The position numbers and the translations under genes are program-made. The notes under the pieces were generated by a model, which saw only the letters and a list, made by a program, of their open reading frames with translations, was not told where the DNA came from and searched no databases. From Lingula anatina (taxonomy: Eukaryota; Animalia; Brachiopoda), in the NCBI GenBank assembly GCA_051362555.1, contig CM120640.1, positions 14,632,001 to 14,696,000 of the forward strand: a DNA stretch of 64,000 bases. Direction: 5' to 3'. Of this stretch, positions 1 through 14,434 are shown piece after piece. Position 1 is the stretch's first letter, and each line of letters starts with the position of its first letter.

Positions 1-279
1 TCCGAGCGTTCAGCGTTGCCTCTCATCTGTTGGGAACAACCCATTATAGAGCAACACGTCGTAGTTAATTATTTATTTGATAGATGTTTCATTTAGGACA
101 ACGAATTTTGATGCATTGATATCTGGAGCAGTGCGTAATTAGACTGTGATTGGTTAGCACATAGCGAGCTGCGCCTTCGTAATAGATTAAGAAATCGGCG
201 CTCTTGCCTTACATTGACAAGGGAAGCCGAGAGGATTGTATGCACTTTCGCTTTTTTGCTTCGAAAGACTATCAACCCA

Positions 280-338
280 TTTTATCTTATTCTTTCAGAC
301 ACGGATCACGGATGAAGCCGTTTGGAATGTCCAGTTAA
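280..338 (+). promoter_or_regulatory. Probable 3' splice acceptor of a 5'-UTR intron (AG at 297-298), followed by a short uORF (312-338, MKPFGMSS*)
   Basis: Polypyrimidine tract ttttatcttattctttcAG. ATG at 312 is in frame with, but terminated before, the GPCR ORF. Confidence 0.6.
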
Positions 339-401
339 GATTTGCACCGGGACTCTTCTGAACGGAACCCCAGTGACCAGACACCTATTTCACCGTTGAA
401 A

Positions 402-1625
402 ATGGAAGAGAACACATCTTTAGCGTGTGTTAATAACTGCTCGACCACGGAGCCACTAGTACGAGGAGTAGACGTCATGAAACTGCCTTGGCTTAGAAGT
501 ATATTCATTTTGTTTTACTGCGTTATATTCCTTTTAGGGGTAAGTGGAAACTCATTAGTGGTCTTTGTGGTCAGCAGGAATAGACATATGCGCACTATAA
601 CCAACATATTCATTTGTAACTTGGCCATATCTGACATCCTTATGTGTCTGCTGGCAATCCCATTTACGCCGATGTCATATTTCATGAATACGTGGACATT
701 CGGCGACGCCATTTGCAAAATCGTACCCATGGTCAGCGGTGTTAGCGTGTTTGTGTCCACCCTAACGTCGATAGCCATTGCAGTGGACCGTTACTTCGTT
801 ATCGTCCACCCATTTAAGCCGCGGATGAAGGTGTGGCTGTGTTTGTCACTCATTTTGGCCGTGTGGGCGATAGCCATAACGGTATCGATGCCGATAGCCA
901 TATACCAGCAAGTGAAATGGGAGGAGAAAATACAGGCTTTGGAATGCGGCGAAGAATGGCCCAGAGATTCGGCGAGACAAGTGTTCACTGTCGTCACCAT
1001 GATTCTTCAGTACCTTGTCCCATGTATAATAATAACATTCTGTTATTCCAATGTATCCATGGCACTCCACGAAAGATCAAGAGTGAAGCCCGGTCACAAA
1101 TCCCGTGAGCGCGAGGAGCTGGAAATAAAGAGAAAACGAAGGACAAATAGGATGCTGATCGCTATGGTCGCCATTTTTGTGTGTTGCTGGATGCCGTTGA
1201 ACATATTCCACTTGATTCGCGAGTATCACGTTGTGTCGAACACGTGGCCCCACCAGGCGCTCGTTTTCTTCATTGCCCATGTTATTGCGATGAGCTCGAC
1301 CATATACAACCCCTTTTTGTACGCATGGATGAACGAGAACTTCCGGAAGGAGTTCAAGCAAGTTCCTCCGTTTGTATGCCTTCAGTCAAACCTGTCTGGT
1401 CGGAATGGCTGCCCAACGACCACCCGTGACACCACGATGTCCGTGCTACGACAATCCCCCATAAGGGACGGTCAGTTGCTGACGGAGGCAGGAGACCCAG
1501 AAGAGAAGAGCGACGAAAAAGAGAACGGCGATGTGCATAACGGGGACTGCGAGCTGCAGTGCTTCGTACGAGATAAGGCTCATCATGATTCCGTCAATTC
1601 GGAGATGGAGGAAACGGATCTTTAA
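402..1625 (+). CDS. sNPF-R: Rhodopsin-class neuropeptide GPCR, short neuropeptide F / prolactin-releasing peptide receptor type (NPY receptor superfamily), 407 aa, single coding exon
   Basis: 7 hydrophobic segments with GN (TM1), NLAISD (TM2), DRY, CWMP (TM6) and NPFLY (TM7). RKRRTNRMLIAMVAIF and YNPFLYAWMNENFRKEFK are typical of sNPF/PrRP receptors. The ORF track starts at a TTG (342); the first in-frame ATG after the stop at 336-338 is 402, in good context (gaaaATGG). N-glycosylation sequons NTS and NCS lie in the N-terminus. Confidence 0.92.
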   Translation: MEENTSLACVNNCSTTEPLVRGVDVMKLPWLRSIFILFYCVIFLLGVSGNSLVVFVVSRNRHMRTITNIFICNLAISDILMCLLAIPFTPMSYFMNTWTFGDAICKIVPMVSGVSVFVSTLTSIAIAVDRYFVIVHPFKPRMKVWLCLSLILAVWAIAITVSMPIAIYQQVKWEEKIQALECGEEWPRDSARQVFTVVTMILQYLVPCIIITFCYSNVSMALHERSRVKPGHKSREREELEIKRKRRTNRMLIAMVAIFVCCWMPLNIFHLIREYHVVSNTWPHQALVFFIAHVIAMSSTIYNPFLYAWMNENFRKEFKQVPPFVCLQSNLSGRNGCPTTTRDTTMSVLRQSPIRDGQLLTEAGDPEEKSDEKENGDVHNGDCELQCFVRDKAHHDSVNSEMEETDL

Positions 1626-3824
1626 AAAAGCGTATAAAGAAAAGCTATTTTGGGTGACTTATCGATGAACTGCAAAGGCACATTTGACATTGTTTTTAAT
1701 AGAACTGGCAACAATTCAACTGTAACTTGATATACGGGACACAAAAGTGAGATGAATGTTTTGAAGAAAGCTGGGGACTTGACCCATTGGGCACTGTTAT
1801 GTAATCAAGATTGGGATGGAGAGGCTGGTTGAATAAACTGCATAGGGTATAGCTTTTGGGCTGTTTTCGGTGGTTGGAGAAATTACAAACCTTTGAATAA
1901 TGAAGTAGAACATTTTGATTAGGTATGTGCGCTGAGCAATTAGAACCAAACTGCATAATTTGTCTAATGCAACGGGCGTGTGGCTTTGAGTACAAGGCAG
2001 ATAAATGTAGTCCTATGTAATGACTGTCACTATAACTGATGAGTCGGTTGTAATTCAAAAGCACAAGCAACGGGAATGAAAACAGAGTAAGCAATTTAAT
2101 GTGTTCTGTACCATTGTTATTTGTAATAATGCATTCTCAATGTAAAATATTTTTACGTTCGTATGTAAAATGTGGCTTTGGGTCCGTGGAAACGCACAAG
2201 AGGTAGAGTACCGATGGACTTTTTGTTATTTCAAGCAACATTATTAAATACAGCAGTCATTTAAGTAGTTTCACGGACATTCCACAGAAAGCATCATTAC
2301 GGAAAACATATCGATACACAGTAAACTTATTTGAAAGCTTTTTGAGCAATTCCAGATTGCGTTTATTGGATGATTTAGTACGTTCATTATGCATAATGTC
2401 ATAATGTCATGTTTTACGGATTTTTTGTAAGCATATTAGTTTTAGCATGGTTTGTAAGCTTATGTTATCGGAATACAAAGTGTTTTATTCATTAATCAGA
2501 TTTGAATAATTGAAAGACATGTTGTCAAGTAAATATATTTTGTATAGTTTGTCTACAAAGGGATTTTCAATTGCCAAGACGAAGTGCCCGAAGTGTATAT
2601 CTAATCAGAGTGACGAGCATTAGATGGTTTTTAAATTTTTAATGTCTATTAGCGTCTAGCCAGAAAAGCAGTATGCATTTAATGCGCACAGGCACACATC
2701 TCGATAATGTTACGTTTTGACTTTTCTTTCAGCAAACTTTGTGCAAATGGGGCATTGTCTCAAATTTCTACATATCTTTTCCTTTATTTTCATGATGTTT
2801 TACTTTTGGCTGGTATTTTGTTCCTGTTGTAGTTTTTTTTACACATTCGTTGCGTGCTGTATTCACCAAACCAGACCATTAAGAATTTGAGTAATGTGAA
2901 AAACTTAAACAAATTAACATAACTTTACTTGGTAACTGTGGGCACGATGGCAGCTTCTAAGTTGAAGATGAACGTTTTTCCAGATCAATGTGTCTCTTGG
3001 TGTAGAATCGTCTTCGTGTGAGTCTCTCTGGCTACTTCCCAACTGATATTTCATGTTTGAATGGTGGATACATGTATTATGAGAAAAAAAATTACAATAT
3101 AACAGAAACAGCTGTTATTTTTTGTCAAAAATGTTTATTACAATTTTGTATTGTCGAAAGCATAATTTTTGTACCCAGAGAAATACGCACCTAACATATC
3201 CAGGCACGTTGGTGTTTGACATAGTAAGACGCTTTCTCTCAGCTGTTGTTGTATATTTGTTGCAAAAGAACATAGTTACGTATGGCTTTGTCTTGTCTTT
3301 AACGGAGGTTTTACTACCTTGGTCGTGAGTTGGAAATACACTTCTTTAGTAGAGGCGTATAAGAATTGAAAAAAGAAAACGAATACTGAGAAGTTATAAA
3401 TATAAGGTCTTTGTCGTGGCACTGTTTCACGTTTTTCATTTGATATAGATATTGGAAGAGTTGGCTGTATTATTGTTACTTTATTGTATTATTTATCTTT
3501 CGGAGGCCCCCTTTGGCCTGAAAACAAAGATGTTTTCATTCGGAATCAGAGACAGTCTAAGAATATATCAGAGAAGGGATGATATCTCAGCAGACGGATA
3601 TCATTTCCAAACAAACACAGCGGCTCCCCCGTTTTTAAGCGGATTATCAGCATTTTGATGCACAGTATGCTTATTAGTATCGCTATTGGGGTTTTGTCTT
3701 AACTTGTCAAGCTGCAGATTTATTTTCATTTTATGATATCTCCCATTAATGAGTTGTTACCAACTACCGATACGATGACTTCATCGTCATGTGTTTTTCT
3801 GATAGTTAATCAATGTTGGATTGG

Positions 3825-3930
3825 TATCGTTCTTTGTTCGATAATAAAGACGGAGTACAGTGAGTTGATATCGTTTTTGTTCAATAATAAAGACAAAGTG
3901 TAGTCAACGTTAAATCGTTCTTTCTTTAAC
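3825..3930. repeat. Degenerate ~44-bp tandem repeat, about 2.5 copies
   Basis: tatcgttYtttgttcRataataaagac units start at 3825 and 3869, with a partial unit at ~3913. Each full unit contains AATAAA. Confidence 0.7.
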
Positions 3931-4163
3931 ATTATTATGTTTATGGTTTGCTGTCATACACTACTTGAGTTATGAAACCTGGCATCCGCATTAATATGAA
4001 ATTTAAAGACCGAGTATCCGCCTACGTGTGCCTTTGTACGCGTGTTTCTTGCCATTTAGATAACTTGTTACAAGCTGAATGATAGAACTACACTGGTGGT
4101 TTACGGGATTGACTGTTTTGAGGATAACTAGTTTGGCAGTTCCGTTAAAACACATATCCTCGA

Positions 4164-4274
4164 ACACACCCACCCACCCACCCACACACTCACCCCCCCC
4201 CCCCACACACACACACCCACTCACCCACACACCAACCCACCCACCCACCCACTCACCCACACACAGACACACAC
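4164..4274. repeat. (CACC)n/(CA)n compound microsatellite
   Basis: Read directly from the sequence. Confidence 0.9.
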
Positions 4275-5938
4275 GTCTGATTTCATTTATACTTCGACCT
4301 TTTCGGATATTTGTCAGCATTTTTCTGTACCTTTTTGCCTTCTTTTCTGTTGCATTCATATCATCCGTGTTATGATTGCCCATTCTTAATACACAATGTC
4401 ATTATTACTTCTATTCTTCTGTAAATTTTGCGATTTAATTTAACTCACGTTTATGCCAAAGAATGGAATGACCTTCTTATAAGAGCCCATTAGACAAATA
4501 AAACAAAAATGGATCGAATGCTAGACGAAATCCAACACATTTTGATGCAATTGTTATCCGCTATGCAATCATGATCATTGAAAACTATAAGTTTGATTTG
4601 TTCATAACCTTTATCACTTGGATTTAGTCATCAACTAATGGCAAAAATCACTTTTTTCTACAAGTTGTATTCCCCTGAGAGCAACGTGTGCTCTATGTTA
4701 GCGGGGAGCCTTAATTTGCTTTCCAGTTCTGTGGAAGAGCGGTCTCATATTCTTAATTGGATTCACCCGTAAACGATCACGAATTTGGAGATAAAGTAAA
4801 AATGCAGAAGATAACGTTATCGCTAAATGAGGTCAGGGAAATCGTGCAGTAAGCTTTTTCGTAATATTTCACTAGATGAGAAATAATATCATTATCTTGC
4901 TATCCAACGCATTTCGTTACACCTGTTATGTTAATTGTAAGAAGATATACGTAAAATACAATGAAAGGTTAAATTTAATGGAACTTAAAAAACGCTGAAT
5001 GAGGTCATTGGGTTAGTACATTTATCCATATGCACCAAGAGACACTCTTCTATTCAATGTTTTTGTCTTAAGTCCTACCTGTTTGTAGTATTTCAAACCG
5101 AATAAGCAGAACGGAATTTACAGAGTTTGCTCTAAGTACGACGGTCCTCGAAGGCACATCAAATAACAGAAACCATGACAACGCGCACTTTTCACACCTG
5201 TCTATGTAAATTATATTGCTTTGTGCGAATTATTTCATGCTATTCAACCATTTTCTTATCCACGAAGCGCTGCTTATTTGATACTTTGCCGGATATTTCT
5301 TGCATAGTGAACTAAAAACTGGAAAATTAAAGGAAATTTAGCTTCTGTGGCATGCTGCAGAAACGCTGAGACAGTTTGCACCTTCTGTATATCTCTTCCT
5401 GTTCATTTAAAAACACTTAAGCGACCATCGTGTGCAACTGATGATGAGGCCAAGCCTGGATTCATGGGCCTCTTTAACTAAAGTCGTGCGTTTTATTGAT
5501 AACTGACGAAGGTTCCCAAATGACAATTTCTCTTGGGGAACCAGGCTTTGTCTAGAGCAGTCGCCATCAGGAAACCTGGGCGGGTATAGATTATAACAAG
5601 ACATTGATGAAATATTCAAAACTTAAATGAACGAAGATTTAATACCAAAATGCCATAAATCAATTTAACGATGTGGAACGATACCAATGTACACTATAAT
5701 TACACGAAGGAATACTCGAACAACTGCTTTACCTTGGTAATAATGCTTATGAAAGTGTGTTACAGATTTCCAAAGATATTTTCCTGCAAGGTGACATATG
5801 AACTGGCCCAGGAAATTCAAAGGAATACAAGGTGGCTAGCAGATAAATCCAAACAAATGAAAACTGGAGGTTTGTTTAAAATGATACTTGGTTTGTTATC
5901 AACGAGAGACGAAAATCAAGGTGACTCTTTGAACCTTT

Positions 5939-5942
<4 letters not shown>

Positions 5943-5976
<34 letters not shown>
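5943..5976. repeat. (CA)n microsatellite
   Basis: Read directly from the sequence. Confidence 0.95.
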
Positions 5977-5979
<3 letters not shown>

Positions 5980-8900
5980 CAGACAGGTGCTTCATGTAAA
6001 AATGTGTCATGCTGTCTGGCAATAGAAAGAAACCAAACCACAGCGGCACCTGTTTCCCGGTTGTTAGTCGATAGATCCTAAAATTATTCACACTTAAGTC
6101 CACAAATTACATCTCAACTACATCGGTTCATCTTCCGGAAACAGTATGCATGAGATCATCGACACTCCTTTAGAGACATAGGATGAGAGAGGATTTGAAT
6201 ACAGCATGCATGAAAATCCGTGTTATGCTTGCCTTCATATATCAAGCTTATCTATAATCATTAGTACTTAATTTAAAATGGTGATTAATTTCTAATCGAT
6301 GTTTGTACGCCAGGAAAACCTGTATCAGTCTGTCGATACTAGATTCTTTTTCTCAGACAAAGTTTATTAAACAAGGGCATGCTTTATAAGTGCGAAAGAG
6401 AAGCTTGTAATGATTCTCTGCGTATTGCGCCTATGGTTAAAGCGCGGCGCAATATGACCGTTGTCCTTGTTGGACAGCATCTGCTGGACCCATCCGTTCA
6501 AAAGTTCCAAAAAGATTCCTAATGTATGTGGGAATAATATAATAATTTTAACAGTTCAACAGGTCCTTTGGCATCGGGCGACCCACCAGTTCTCGTTCCA
6601 TGTAGGCTACATCCGCCCTGTGTTTCGAGATTCATGTGTGTGGGAGGGGTTACACAACTGTGGTAAACTGAGAGGAGGGGTATGATTTCAAATTCTGATA
6701 TAGTTTATTTGTGCAATACTTCATCATAACGTTTTTCTTCCAAGATTGGGAAGATTTTTAATGGTTGCACAGACAAATTTATCTGATCAAATGATTTATT
6801 CAAATTGCGAACTGCATAATTGTGATCTATCTCGATTCTGTATTGACAATAAATGCAACGGAAGCATCCCATTTTATTTAAATGTTGCAGCAATTAGTTA
6901 TATCGACCATTAAATGGATCCACTACTCCTTCTTCGGTTACTCTTTTGACATGACGCCCTGTAAAAATTACAGATCCATCGTAGTGTAAAATATTTATTT
7001 GATCAAGCAAAACCATCTGAACATGAGGGCTGTCTTTTTTTACTCAGTAATAACAATCTAGTCAATGGTAATTTTCTCAAAAAAAAAAAAAATCAGAAGA
7101 AATTGTTTATGTTACCAGACTTATTGATTTTTGCAATTATAGTAGCCGATAGACAAAAAGTGATTGTTCAAATAATTGGCGTTTTGTAAAGTATGGTAGA
7201 TCTAAAAAGAGTTCTGTTAATCTGACAAGATGCTCACCCATATTATTGTTAAAGGTATGCATTAATAAACAACAAGAAAATGAGCTCTGAAGCATCATAG
7301 GATAAGAGTCGGCGATATTTGTGCCTTCGGTTCATAGAACTGTACTCTTTTCACTGGACACTTAATTTAATGCGATTCAGCAGAATATAAAAAGGTGGTG
7401 TACACCCTTCATAAAACAACTGATGTACGTTAACTCAGCGTCTGTCTTGTTGTCCCTTTAACATGCTTTCTCGGCATTAAGTTGGCATAAAGTTCTTCCA
7501 TACTTGACTATGCATATCACATGGTTGTGAAAAGATCTTCAGTGCGCTTGCCGGTTGTCTTATGCCTAGTGAGTTGCTATCGCTACCGGTGATCTTGGGT
7601 CTTGGAAAGAGCATAATGATAAGTGAATAAAATGTTTCTTGCCAGGATTGAAACTGGACCACGAAAAAATTATAAGATTCTAATATCTTCCAAAGTCGAC
7701 CGATCTCAGTATCTGAAGGCTCAACATTTCTCATTTAAAAGAGGGTCATGGATGGTTTACTATTGAGGGCACGAGCCTTTGTAGAATTATTTCACTTGCA
7801 AGTTGTTAATGGCATGTACACGATGTTCCTCCAGAAGTTCAAAGCATAAATCAATACATACTAATTGATTTATTGTAAATGATTTATTGTAAAATATTTC
7901 TTAATGTGAACACCGACGAGGCCATGACATGTAAGGTCCCATGTAGGCCAAGCGTCGATGGCCAAAATACATCGACTCATTTTATTTCATTTTTTTCTTT
8001 TCAGCAGATGTATGCAAAAAGTTATATAGACTAAGCTGGAACAAACAAAATATCAGTTCAATTACAAATGACATGTTCACCCTAGTCTGTCATTGTGAAA
8101 ATTCCAAGAATTCTGGAAGTCATGAAAGAAAAAATTGCTTTGACTGCGAGCTCGAAATTTGACCGTTAACATCATTCGGGAACTGTCAGTAAAAATAATG
8201 AAGCTGTGCTTCAGCGATCACACGGCACCGTTGAGCAAATCTTTTGTGTCCAGACAGATGAAAGAAAATACTGCTGTGTACAAAATTGCTTTTAGGTATA
8301 ATTCCGAGCTGCTTTCACGTCGCTGGCAATGATGCCCTGTTTTATGTCGGTCAAATATATGCTCGAACCATCGCCGTAAGCATTTTCTGTGTTTTCACAT
8401 TTTAAGTAGTTTCATCTGCAAATTTCAGACTCTTTCTGCGGCGCAAATTTGGCGCGCCTTATCTTTGTCATAACATGTGTCAATTCAGCAATGTATTTTT
8501 TTTTACATGTCTGAGATAATACCTTTCTCAGATATGTAAACATATTGCTGTCGAGCATTGCCGCCAATTGGATTTTAGCCGATTCCGCATGGTTGTTTCC
8601 TTCCTTCTCAGAGAAATCTATATTGCATTTAGTCGTTCAGTTGGGAATTTACCAATATAATCGACTCTCTTACCCTCTTTTGCGCACCGTCCATTATTTA
8701 TATTACTTATTAGTGAAGTAAGGTCATTCGTTGTGGTAACTGCTAATGGTATAATAAGATTTCTGTATAGAGATCGAGTGAATGGCATAAAGCAATTTAT
8801 TTATTTCGTGGCCGAAGTTGACAAATGGGGTACTTCATCACCCTGTTTTCTCATATTCTATCATAATAGTCATTAAGTTTTTCGGTTCAATTTATTTTTT

Positions 8901-9638
8901 AATCATCTTCACCATGCAATTTGGACATCAGACAAAAGAGTACCAGTAAGTCTTTCTTTGCTAAGATATATTTGAATCCATTGGCAAAGTTTCCCTTCAC
9001 TTACTGCAGCGTAGAGTTTTAAAAATGAAACACCCGACCAAAGTAAATAAAAAGGGGATATATCTAGTTTGTCATTCTTATAATAAGCAAGCAAATAATT
9101 ACTGGAACGGAGCTGTGATATAGAATAATGCACTGCTAACCACACATATATAACTCCCTCTTATCTACACTAAAGAGCAGATGTTATCAATGTAAGTGTT
9201 TGTTTGAAATGGCTGACAACAGCTAGAATTTCCAGTACTTGTTATTGTTGCCAGTAAGACGAGTCTTAGAGAGAAACAATACATGTATATCACTTCTGTG
9301 ATAGCGTATCTGTTTTGTTGACCACTATATATATAATAATGGAAGGAATACCCGTCTCTTTTATATATAAATAAAAAGCCACATCCAATTTTGGTATATA
9401 TTCTGTAGGAGCAAATTTGTTTTGCAGTGCATCTGACCATATTCTAGATATAATTGACATGAAGTAATACAGACCAACAGGCCAGGTTTACTGGTAGACT
9501 TGTTGTCTTCGGGGACCCAGTACTCCAGATCAGCAGGCAAATGGCAAATTGTAAACGATACTCTGGCAACAATTCAATGCTGATTTAATAAAATCAATCC
9601 TGAACTGGTTTAAACTTGCCTATCTAACAATGATCAAG

Positions 9639-9639
<1 letters not shown>

Positions 9640-9673
<34 letters not shown>
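9640..9673. repeat. (TG)n microsatellite
   Basis: Read directly from the sequence. Confidence 0.95.
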
Positions 9674-9676
<3 letters not shown>

Positions 9677-12600
9677 GGAGCTTTTAGTAATGGATGATAA
9701 ATATTTTTGACAAGTGTAACACACTGAAATATCGATATCAGATAGATCACACATCTACGAAAAAAGAACAAAGATGTTTCCCTGAAAGTGTGTTTTCGTG
9801 TACTCGGCCAGAATTGATGACTGAATGGGCCACAGCAGGGGGCCAAATATCTGATGCTGGTAACTTAAAGGGATAGCGACTCTCCATATGCGATTCAAAA
9901 TTCCACAATCAATACATTGTAAAGAACAGAAATACAATAAATCCCATTTTACCACCAAAACGGCGGCTATTGCAGTTATTCTGAAATCTGTGCTTGCCAT
10001 CGGACCACGTGGACGTTCATAGCTGTCTACCCTCTGTAATAATTACGTAAAGTTATTATTACAAACAACACACTTTATAACATATCGACTACTATAGTAA
10101 CTTTAAATGCTGGAAAGGATTCATTTACAATTGGAAAGTGTGGGAAAATTCCCTTTACCCCGGGAAAATCCTTTTTATACCACCTTTCCCGCCGAAATGA
10201 AGAGTTGTTATCCCTTTAAAGCGGACAACTGAAGGCTTTTAATAGCAAACAATGATCAATCTGCTACAAAGCCTAGGGTAACATCTGCTGAAATTCAACT
10301 AACGCCGTTCCATAGTGTGGTGAAAGCTTAGTGTTCCTAATGAAAATACATGCAGTAATTTGTTGTCCCGTAATGTTATCAACGGACATCATCCATTGTT
10401 TCTTTGCCATTATCAATGAATACCACTACACGATCGGAGTGCATTGAGGTTATTAAAGCAATTGGCTTTTAATACTGAAATTTTGGCTGAATGCACCCGA
10501 TAACGTAATCTGATTCCAAGTGAATGTCTTTTATTCATTAAACAATCAGGAACCCATTTATTCTTCCCTCCGAGGAATTATACCCGATGAGGCATTGTCC
10601 TGAACGGTCGTTGAATTGTATTCAAAAAGGGCACACGTGATTTCATAAACGTTAGGTTCAATTTCTCACCGGATTGTATTACTTTTGAACTTATTGTAAG
10701 ATACTAAGCAAATTACTTGTTCATAGTAATGTCAGAATTACATCGTGTTCAGCTGCTACGGATTAGAATTGGAAAATAGAAAATGTTGGATAATGATTTG
10801 AGTTAAAAAAATAAATTTGTCAAAATAGTTTCGGAGTGATATATAGTACATGTAGCAGTAAGACAAGGCTATGGCAAAGAGCAAGGGAATCGTGCAGTGA
10901 AGAGCATTCCCAAAGTCTGTAAGGCACGATAATTGTACAATACCATTGAGTTTATGCCATGAAAGAGCTAAGGTCCGTGTCAGATTACAATTTGATTTTT
11001 TACATCCAATTTAATTATAAATGTCAACTTCAGAAGGTATGCCTGTGACCACAAGACGTGAGCGAGGCATTCTCTTTAACAACTTCTTACAGACTGAATT
11101 GTTCTAACTATCAGAAACCGTTATAAAATCTTAACTTTATAAAGCGTGTTTATCGTTTGATTTCAGTTATGAATATTCTATATACCCTGAGCATGGTATC
11201 ACTTTTTAGAAAATCATTATCAAATTCAGTGTTAGCGTTAATTGTATTTGAAACTAGGAATCGGCTTTGGATGCGCACATACATGTACGTATTGACGAAA
11301 GAGCAGCTGAATGTCATGACTGATCACTGGGCAGACCAATCATGTGCTTAGGGTGAAGCATGTCGCCATCTTGTCTAAATTCATGGCTTTCTAGATATGA
11401 CATTTGTCACACTTGAACTTTCCTTTTCTCCTCACGCACCGCTTGCTTTTCTGACAGGTTGTGGATACATCGATATATGTCGTTAATATGCATACCGGTA
11501 CGGCACAAGTTTTTAAGAAGTTTTTTTATATAGCAGCACTATGTATTGCTTATCTGTCAGAACAAACTGAGCATACAATGTACGTTCTGCTCGAGCACTT
11601 GCTATAAACCAACTTTCTGCTTGAGCTGCTGTAACGCAGGCACGATGGTGATCGATCGACTAAGTAGTATCCATAAACATAGATGGCACTTTTTCAGTCT
11701 CAGTCTTTCTTGATGAAATAAGGAGCTGAATAATGCTTCATAATGCCTTGTCGTGTAGTTAGAGCCCCACAGGGACACAGTCTAGTCCCGGGACACAACT
11801 GTCACAAGGTTTATATGTTATCACGGATATTGGTCCTTGTTGAAGGATCCAACATGCCGCATACATGCCAGCACACTCATACAAACTCATGCACCCACAC
11901 GCATACATCCCATTGGGTTTAGCACTGTAAACCTAGGTATACAGTATGCATGTACTTGGCTCAGTGCCGTGTAAAATTTGCTGAAAACAAGTCAGCGGCA
12001 GTGAATGGGCAAATGAGTTATTCAGCGATTAACGAGGAACGTTAAAGACATTTGAAAAAAAAAAAAAAAAAAAAATACGCCCACGATGCACTTTGTCAAC
12101 CTTGAAGTCTCATTTTTGTACACGGTATGTCATTTAGTGTCTCACTTAACGAAAATTGGACAAAGTTTCTGAGTAAAGGCACTATTTTGGAAAACCAACA
12201 CATGCTTTCTGTCACTTGCATCATTTCAATTCTATTATTCATGCTGATTTTCGTAAAATTCACTTGATGAACCATGCTTTGCACATAATGGATAATGGTT
12301 TTCTGCCAGAGGGCGAAACCACACGAAGCGCCAAATAATTCAAAAGAGATCGTATCTATTTACGAATGATTTCTTTCACTTTCATCCTCTTTTAAAAGGA
12401 TACGCCAGATGTTATATTTGAAAGACGGCCCTAACCCTCCTCTCCCCCCCCTAAAAAGGCACCTTCCTTAAGTTTGCTTTTGAGACTTTACCTTCCTATG
12501 GGAGTTGGGAATTTGCAATATGCATTTTAGTTACATATTGGAAAGCCATTATAAAAACACCAGTATTAATTGCGTATCAAGTCCCTCACTTACATAGCTG

Positions 12601-14434
12601 CACAACAACAGCATACATCACAAGCTGCACAGTGAAAATTGGTTTGTCTGCAAGAGAGCAAAACAATACGATACGCTTAATAACCCAAGAGACTCGCCAT
12701 CTCTTAAAATCCATTTTATCCGATTCTACAAGATATATTCGGTCAAAGCATTGCCACATTAGCAGATTGCCCTATTTACAGACCAGATTAGCTCTGAAAG
12801 GGATATGAAAAGATTTTCTCGTTATCGGCATTGAAGTTCATTGCTTTGCTAAGGAATCAGTTAGTGTATCAATTACGTCAACGGCAACTTCTGTTCTTAT
12901 CTCTTGGTAAGTCAGGTCAACAATTTGAAGACACTTGGCAAAGCTGTTTTGCATGTATCGTAAGTAACGCAGTGTCTGTATTGAGTGTTCTGGTACCAGA
13001 CTCCGAGAGTAAGATTCCACATTATACATGTAGTAAAGCCTAGCTTCACACACTTGAAACCTACATGAAAGATAAAAACGCTGTATTGTTGCTTGGGCAG
13101 CCATGCGCACAGCTTTTTGCAAAAAGTTTCGCCATGCATGAATCTCACACACTTATTCGAAGTACAAATTATTGCTAGCACAATCGATAACAAAAAAAAT
13201 CACTTCGACAATAATTCTCGAGACTCTTTGTTATTTTATGCAACAACTGTTTTGTTTTGACTACCTGTATCGCCGCGGAGAAACACCGCAGAGTTGAAAA
13301 GGATGACCTAATTGTCTTCCTCTATCTGTATTACTGCAAACTATATCCATGGTAACGCTGTCATTAGGTTGATTCCGATGGCTTGATTAGATCTCAGTGA
13401 GAAAAATTGAAAGATACCATGGTGTTTGGTGGAAGTTAATTCCTCTTTGACATTTAGATGACGCTCCATTTGCCCACTCGTTTGCTTGCATTTCAAATTT
13501 CGCTTTTTCGGCGAACAAGATACCCAAACTTTTGGAACATGATTACAATCTCTATCCAATTAGCAAGGGTTTAAAAAGTGCAAACGTTTCGTTTACAGTT
13601 TCAATTATTTGGTCCAGGGAAGTAATTTTCAAAATATATCGCAAAATCGATTGAAGAACTTGATGATAGGTATTTGCACACATGCGGCATTTGTTTTTAA
13701 TACTTCTGGGAAAGCATCTCAAACTCGGCTAAAAATAAGGAGGATAAGTAGCATGGGATACATTCCAGATCTATTTCCGTGGACAATCAAACTGAATGCT
13801 TGTTTTAAACATCTTCAAATAATGCAACTATTTCATTCTTTTTCATTTAGTTATAATGCCATTTATAATTAGATAAAAATTAGTTTTTTCAAACTAAAGT
13901 TACAATTTTCAAAATGAAAATTAAGGCAGTTGGACTAAGAACAATATCAACAGAACAGTTCAGGATTTAACACGTACAAATATCACGAGTACAAAGCGTG
14001 GCAGGAATGATAATAGAAATAAACAAACTTACTTTTCGGTACATTCGATTATCGTAGTTACCTGCAACTCCTTAAACAAACAGACAAATAATTAGAGTAA
14101 TATTAACAAAGGGAAATGGTGTATTCTCATAGGCTATAATTAGGTAGGGTTCTTAAATAGTTTATCAAATATCGCCTAAGTTAAAACTGCTGAACTCTAT
14201 GAAGTGCTGGTAGAAGCTTACAAAACTGTTTTTTCCTGGGTTAAGCTAATCCATGAGTAAAGCAAATCCCTGGGCACAGTGGGTTGTGGACGGTTTGATT
14301 GAGGGAGGCGTTGACTCTCTAACCTTACCCAGACAAACCTCGGGATGTGAGGTGAGCAGGTCTGTGGTCTTAAATGATTACCAATTTGGGATAGCATACC
14401 GGTACATTCCCTAGCCCAGTTGAGTGAACCAACC

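Noticed and set aside
342-401. TTG-initiated N-terminal extensions in the ORF track (also 37604 and 33016)
   Set aside because: These are bacterial-style starts. The eukaryotic context favours the first ATG.
515-1429. Several ORFs overlapping the sNPF-type receptor (likewise 36014-37377 and 32475-32663 over the other genes)
   Set aside because: Shadow or antisense frames of real coding sequence.
3825-3930. Repeat-spacer-like pattern resembling a CRISPR array
   Set aside because: Only 2.5 degenerate units, similar spacers, eukaryotic context and no cas genes; an ordinary minisatellite.
4003-4383. ORFs rich in THTH, CVCV or ERER (also at 5671, 22672-23170, 39112-39356, 43992, 51277, 55578)
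   Set aside because: Open only because they run through microsatellites or homopolymers.
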